A stretch of DNA of 64,000 nucleotides from positions 96,001 to 160,000 of the IMG/VR virus record IMGVR_UViG_3300049198_000021. One strand, given 5' to 3'. The notes below the pieces were generated by a model. It worked only from the letters and a program-made list of their open reading frames with translations, had not been told where the DNA came from and made no database searches. The position numbers and the translations under genes were made by a program. Below are positions 59,536-64,000 of the stretch, piece by piece. Position 1 is the stretch's first letter; each line of letters opens with the position of its first letter. The DNA is from a virus (taxonomy: Duplodnaviria > Caudoviricetes).

Positions 59536-59909
59536 TAGAGGACTCCCATCCCCTTGGCAGTGCTGAGAACAATGGTGCGGAACAACCGATCCTTGAACTG
59601 CTGCTCGGGCGGTAGTTCTTCAAACGGAACCATGCAGGGGTGCGTCTTGGCTTCCGGGTCCTTGACCTCGCCGTAGACCCAGCCCTCGGTGACCTTCTCA
59701 CGCATCCACGATTCATGGCTTGCGCTGTCACCGGCTTCGGGATTGCCGACCACGAAGCGCACGCCTGCGATAGCGGAATCCTGCTGCCACTTGGGCGCAT
59801 CTTCCCACGCCGGCTGGCTGGTGTCGCCGTTGTATTCGCACCAGACACGATTGACTTCATGACATACCCGTGCGAGATTGACAGCAGCGGTGCCGGAGAT
59901 GTAACCCAT
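59535..59909 (-). CDS. RyR-domain protein
   Basis: H.SWM.EK..EGWVYG.VKD...KTHPC.VPF.ELP. Confidence 0.82.
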   Translation of the reverse strand: MGYISGTAAVNLARVCHEVNRVWCEYNGDTSQPAWEDAPKWQQDSAIAGVRFVVGNPEAGDSASHESWMREKVTEGWVYGEVKDPEAKTHPCMVPFEELPPEQQFKDRLFRTIVLSTAKGMGVL

Positions 59910-59935
59910 TGAGATGACCTTATTGTTGGGGTTGA

Positions 59936-60133
59936 CTACGCGCCGTCGTCGTCGCGGAGTAGATGGAAAGCCGCCTGATCAGGCGTCTTGAACGGCCCGC
60001 GCATGTTGTGGTTGAACATGCTACGGAAATAGAAGGTGCCGCGCTGGTGACCATTGTATTGGTCGGGAACCTCGAACACCTGCCCGATCGGGAAGTGGAG
60101 TTCTGGTTCGATGCGGAGAAGGTTATTCGACAC
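59936..60133 (-). CDS. Hypothetical protein
   Basis: ORF filling the gap; start uncertain. Confidence 0.4.
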   Translation of the reverse strand: MSNNLLRIEPELHFPIGQVFEVPDQYNGHQRGTFYFRSMFNHNMRGPFKTPDQAAFHLLRDDDGA

Positions 60134-60374
60134 GGAGCATGTCCCAGTCATCGTAGCCGAGAACGGCTGGTATAATACGAACAGTCTGCAAGGCTGCATC
60201 GACTGCCGAACGAAGAGCCTGACCGTGGAAGCTGTAGCTCTGAGTCACAGTCTCAATAGCTACTTGGGCGATCGCCTCGGCTTCGGCTTCGTCTGTGGTT
60301 ATGCCTAGGCATTTCCAGCCCTCCCCGTTGGGGTTTCGGCACATCACAGCCCAGACGCTTTCTTGGACGATCAT
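60123..60374 (-). CDS. Hypothetical protein
   Basis: Coupled to the exonuclease stop. Confidence 0.55.
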   Translation of the reverse strand: MIVQESVWAVMCRNPNGEGWKCLGITTDEAEAEAIAQVAIETVTQSYSFHGQALRSAVDAALQTVRIIPAVLGYDDWDMLRVE

Positions 60375-61096
60375 CAGGCAGCCTCACCCACCGCCATGAA
60401 CTCCTCATAGAGAGCGGGTGTGATTTTCCCGGCGCGCTCCAGTCGGCGGACTTCCTTGTCGAAGGCACCAAGCGCGACCAGTTCGTGGAAGACCTTGCGG
60501 GTCCACGAAATATCGACGATAGCGGAGTGGGCATTCTCCATCTCGACCCCGAAGAAGAAGGGCACGGCTTCTTCCAGCTTGGGCCACTTGTAGTTGGTGC
60601 TTCCGACCCGGACGACACCCTTCTTGGGAATCTTACAGATCGGTGTGGCCGTCTTCATCGTGCAGAGGAAGGGCGAGCCGGCGAAGACATCACTCGGAGT
60701 CTTGTGGTTCGGCCGCAGGCGCTGATATTCCCCTTCCATCACCTTCGTATCGAACGCGGTGTTGTGGCAGACAATCAGATCGGCATGTTCCGCCGCGATG
60801 ATGAACATCTCGACCGCATCAGCGATCGGGATACCCTGCTCTTCGCACATCTCGGGCGTGATGCCAGTGACTTCCATCGCCTTGTGTGAGATGATCGACG
60901 GCGGGAGTTCACCGGTGGGGTCTTCGTGGAGATACCAGTTGTCGGGCTTGATAAGCGCGTCGAGCGTGATGACATCAACGCCGTGGCGTTCGAGGATGAA
61001 GCCAAGCTGGGTGATGTTCGGCTGGTGGGTCTCACCAGTCTCGGGGTCCTTCCGGGGGAGGCCGGTGGATTCCACGTCGAAGAAGAGGATGTTCAT
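60374..61096 (-). CDS. DEDDh 3'-5' exonuclease (DnaQ-like)
   Basis: FFDVESTGL, CHNTAFD, AHSAIVD. Confidence 0.88.
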   Translation of the reverse strand: MNILFFDVESTGLPRKDPETGETHQPNITQLGFILERHGVDVITLDALIKPDNWYLHEDPTGELPPSIISHKAMEVTGITPEMCEEQGIPIADAVEMFIIAAEHADLIVCHNTAFDTKVMEGEYQRLRPNHKTPSDVFAGSPFLCTMKTATPICKIPKKGVVRVGSTNYKWPKLEEAVPFFFGVEMENAHSAIVDISWTRKVFHELVALGAFDKEVRRLERAGKITPALYEEFMAVGEAA

Positions 61097-61123
61097 GTCG
61101 GGAGGTGCCTTATTCTGTGAGCA

Positions 61124-61167
61124 GCGTTAACCTAAACAAGTCAATGTGTCAAGCCAAAATGTCGGTG
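61124..61167 (-). promoter_or_regulatory. Promoter with upstream box
   Basis: CACCGACATTTT-ggc-TTGACA-17nt-TAACGC. Confidence 0.7.
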
Positions 61168-61168
61168 A

Positions 61169-61450
61169 TCATTTGTTCAGGTGGACGCCGCCGTGCGGAA
61201 TAACTGGGCTGGCACCGGGACACAGAAACTCGATCAAGGTCTTCTGAGCGTTGAGTTCCTTGAGGCGTTTGATCCCATCGACCACGGCGTCAGCTTGCTC
61301 CGGTGTGAGCGCCAGACATCCGACGGTCTGACCTTCTGCAATGGAACGGATTTCGAACAGCCCGGAGCCCTCGCAGTTGGGGGTGAGTTGGATACAGTCG
61401 CCGCTCACGTTGTCGAAGATGCGGATGCTATATTCAGTGGTCAGTTTCAT
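61169..61450 (-). CDS. Hypothetical protein
   Basis: GGAGG RBS; 93 aa. Confidence 0.6.
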   Translation of the reverse strand: MKLTTEYSIRIFDNVSGDCIQLTPNCEGSGLFEIRSIAEGQTVGCLALTPEQADAVVDGIKRLKELNAQKTLIEFLCPGASPVIPHGGVHLNK

Positions 61451-61638
61451 ACGATGCCCTCCAGAAGAATGATGCCGATGCCTAGAATGATTGCGATGAT
61501 AAGCGCCGTGGCCTTGTTGGGCTTATCATCAGCGAAGCGCGGAAAGGTCCGCCAATGGTGGGGATCGGTGACACTCAGGCGGTAGAAGAGATAGGCGACC
61601 AACAGACCGATGAACGCCTCGACAAAAGTTACTTGCAT
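61447..61638 (-). CDS. Two-TM membrane protein
   Basis: AAGGA RBS; hydrophobic. Confidence 0.55.
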   Translation of the reverse strand: MQVTFVEAFIGLLVAYLFYRLSVTDPHHWRTFPRFADDKPNKATALIIAIILGIGIILLEGIV

Positions 61639-61648
61639 GTTGTGTTCC

Positions 61649-63964
61649 TTAGTGAGTTTCGTGCCAAGCATAACCATTCGAGGAAGATGCATCGACAGGG
61701 AGTGCGAAGTTGAGATATTCACCAGCCCGAGCAGCAGCCGCGACGCAGATCGCCTCGACCTTCTCTTCCAGTCCTTCACGGCAAGCGATCTGAACTTCGT
61801 CGTGGACCCAAGCGCAGAACACGAAGTCTCCGTCCCAGCCGTAAGTCAGGCCCTCGTCGTAGAGCATGTCTTCGATGAAGATCAGCCACCAGTTGGCGAT
61901 CGTCGCACCCATCCCTTGCAGGTCGGTGTTGAGCGCCGCGTGCTTCGAACGAACGAACAGGCGGCGGCCGTCCAGACCTTCGAGGAACTTGCGACCAGCT
62001 TGACGCTGGATGTCTCGGATGACCTTATTCAATGCGGGCAAGTTCTTGAGGAACTTCTGCTTGAGTTCCTTACCAATCTTGGCCTGCTGCACTGGGCTGG
62101 ATAGCGGTGAGATGATCTTCCCGATCTTCTCGTCACCAGCCCCGTAGAGGAATGCGTAGATAAAGGTCTTTGCCGTATCGCGCATATCCAGACCAGCGAG
62201 ACGCTGGTTTTCGGAGTGGATGTCGCCTTCGAGAAGCACCTGCCCGTAAGCACCACCATCATACTTCGCCATTTCGTGAGCAAGGCAGCGAAGTTCGATA
62301 CCAGCCAAGTCGGACCCGACCAGCTTGAAGCCTTCATAGACCGTGAACAGCGAGCGACATTCATAGCCCCAGCCGCCCTTGAGGCCGAGAATGACCACTT
62401 CGACGATCAGGTCACCAGCATCATCACGCTTGAAGAACGGATCGCCATTCTCGTCAACGGACTCAGCAAGTTCTTGCCAGTTATCGCAGCGGACGCCCTT
62501 GTGCATCACAAGCACCGGCCCACCCTTGAAGATAGCATTCGGGCGAATGATACCTCGGGGCTTTTCGATTGGCTTGAGCGCTGAGATTTTTGGCTTCTTC
62601 TTGCGGACGGCCGGCACCTGAGCGAGGTTCGGGAAAGCGTGCGTCGCACGGGTGGTGACCGCGCCGCAGGGATTGACGTAAGCGTGGATGCAACCTGTGG
62701 TCGGATTGTAGACCTTGAGCCAAGCCTGCTTACCGTCGGCCAACTGGCCCATCAGCTTGCGGATCGCGAGCAGATCGGCGAGGTCTTCTGCGACTGGGAA
62801 CCGTTCGACGATACGCCGAAGGATCACGTCGTTCGCTTTGACGTTACCCTTCTCGGTGTAGTCCTCATCCTCAGGTTCCCAACCAAGCTCTTGCAAGCGG
62901 TCGGTAATCTGGGGGCGTGATGTCGGCTTGAACTCCTGCCAGACGATCGGCGTGAAGTGAGCCCCAGCGCTGTAGCGAGCGCGGAGCGGGTCCTTGAAGT
63001 TCAGCGCATCCTTAGGCTTGGTCTCAGGGTAGCCATACCAGCGGCGGTCAGGAACCAGTTCGTCCATCTCGGCGCGCTGCTTGGCAATAGCTTCGCTGGC
63101 CGTCAGGTTGGAATCGAACTTGATGTCAGCGGTTCCCCAGAAGTCAGGGAAGTCTCCGCCATTGACATTTCGGCCGATCGGCGCTGTGTCCATCCGCTTC
63201 TTGGGGATGAAACGTCCGGGGAAGGAAATTGCCAGCTTGGCTTCGAGATTGGCTTGCTCGATCGTCAGTTCGCCGGCGAGCAACTTGGCGCGTGATGCGT
63301 CGAACGGGAATCCGTTCTCCTGCTGCCGGGCCATGAGGTCACCAAGGCGGTGCTGCACATAGACAGCATCAGGCGAAGCCTCACGGCTCTCGATCATCTT
63401 GACGAGGAGCGAGGTAACGTCAACGTCGTTCGAGCAGTAGTCTTCAAGCTCCTGAGTCCATGTGCCCCAGACCCAGCGGCGCATTTCCTCGGAGTCCTTA
63501 GCATAGCCGCGCTCAAGACCGATCGCTTCCTTGATCGCCTTGTAGTCGCCCTTATACATGCCGAGACGCTGACCCCAGCTATCGAGCGTGTGCTTGCCGA
63601 TCAGCTTGCCTTCAAGCTTCCCACCTTCGAACAGCCGGAAGTCCTTGTCCTTCTGGTCGGGGAACATCAGACGGGCGAGGATCAGGGTGTCGCGGATGCG
63701 CGCCTGAGGCTGCCAGCCGAACAGAATCTCCAGCATCGGAATATCATATGCAACAATGTTGTGACCCCAGATTTCCTCAGCGTCGTCCAATAGTGCGAAC
63801 AGCTTCTCGATCGTGTCTTCGCGCTTGTTCTTGCGGAACACAAAACGCTGTCCAGAGTCGTAGTCCCGAACCACAACGCAATGACACACCGTAACCTGAT
63901 CGAGCAGGCCATCGGTTTCCGCGTCGAATACGAGACGACGATATTTTTTCGGCTTGAGCTTCAA
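61649..63964 (-). CDS. polA: T7-like family A DNA polymerase with 3'-5' exonuclease
   Basis: FDAETDGL, GHNI..YD, DLAGIELR, AKTFIYAFLYGAG, WVHDE. Confidence 0.95.
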   Translation of the reverse strand: MKLKPKKYRRLVFDAETDGLLDQVTVCHCVVVRDYDSGQRFVFRKNKREDTIEKLFALLDDAEEIWGHNIVAYDIPMLEILFGWQPQARIRDTLILARLMFPDQKDKDFRLFEGGKLEGKLIGKHTLDSWGQRLGMYKGDYKAIKEAIGLERGYAKDSEEMRRWVWGTWTQELEDYCSNDVDVTSLLVKMIESREASPDAVYVQHRLGDLMARQQENGFPFDASRAKLLAGELTIEQANLEAKLAISFPGRFIPKKRMDTAPIGRNVNGGDFPDFWGTADIKFDSNLTASEAIAKQRAEMDELVPDRRWYGYPETKPKDALNFKDPLRARYSAGAHFTPIVWQEFKPTSRPQITDRLQELGWEPEDEDYTEKGNVKANDVILRRIVERFPVAEDLADLLAIRKLMGQLADGKQAWLKVYNPTTGCIHAYVNPCGAVTTRATHAFPNLAQVPAVRKKKPKISALKPIEKPRGIIRPNAIFKGGPVLVMHKGVRCDNWQELAESVDENGDPFFKRDDAGDLIVEVVILGLKGGWGYECRSLFTVYEGFKLVGSDLAGIELRCLAHEMAKYDGGAYGQVLLEGDIHSENQRLAGLDMRDTAKTFIYAFLYGAGDEKIGKIISPLSSPVQQAKIGKELKQKFLKNLPALNKVIRDIQRQAGRKFLEGLDGRRLFVRSKHAALNTDLQGMGATIANWWLIFIEDMLYDEGLTYGWDGDFVFCAWVHDEVQIACREGLEEKVEAICVAAAARAGEYLNFALPVDASSSNGYAWHETH

Positions 63965-64000
63965 GGGGACTACCTATCGGAGGAGGGTTTTGTTAACCAC

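Noticed and set aside
62375-62602. Intein in the DNA polymerase
   Set aside because: Too short and lacks the N-terminal Cys/Ser and C-terminal His-Asn

Overview
64 kb of a tailed dsDNA phage (long-tailed siphovirus type) with moderately high GC. The host is probably an alphaproteobacterium, inferred from the GTA-like head-spike and baseplate genes. The window has two converging arms that meet at a bidirectional terminator near 44.67 kb. The + arm (1-44.66 kb) carries phoH, a CarF/TMEM189-like lipid desaturase, head-spike/fibre genes, a promoter- and terminator-bounded ~370-nt non-coding element, portal, scaffold, capsid, neck and tail genes (with a G/GT -1 frameshift), tape measure, a GTA-type Dit/hub/NlpC baseplate, two tandem paralogous tail-tip (megatron-like) modules, a long repetitive fibre, endolysin plus spanins, thyX, NAD-dependent ligase and XRE regulators. 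The - arm (44.7-64 kb) carries a CI-like regulator, glutaredoxin, class Ia RNR, a class II aaRS-like catalytic domain, three MazG-like proteins, dNMP kinase, an HNH-like endonuclease, a RecD/Dda helicase, an SSB with a charge-block repeat tail, exonucleases and a T7-like Pol A. I saw no terminase, integrase, tRNA or CRISPR array. Most notable: (i) a putative head-filament gene chain with matching N- and C-terminal docking motifs; (ii) candidate structured ncRNAs; (iii) the duplicated baseplate module; (iv) a 12-bp CACCGMCATTYT box at fixed spacing in ~13 sigma70-like promoters. All family assignments are from motif recognition by eye; no searches or folding programs were run.
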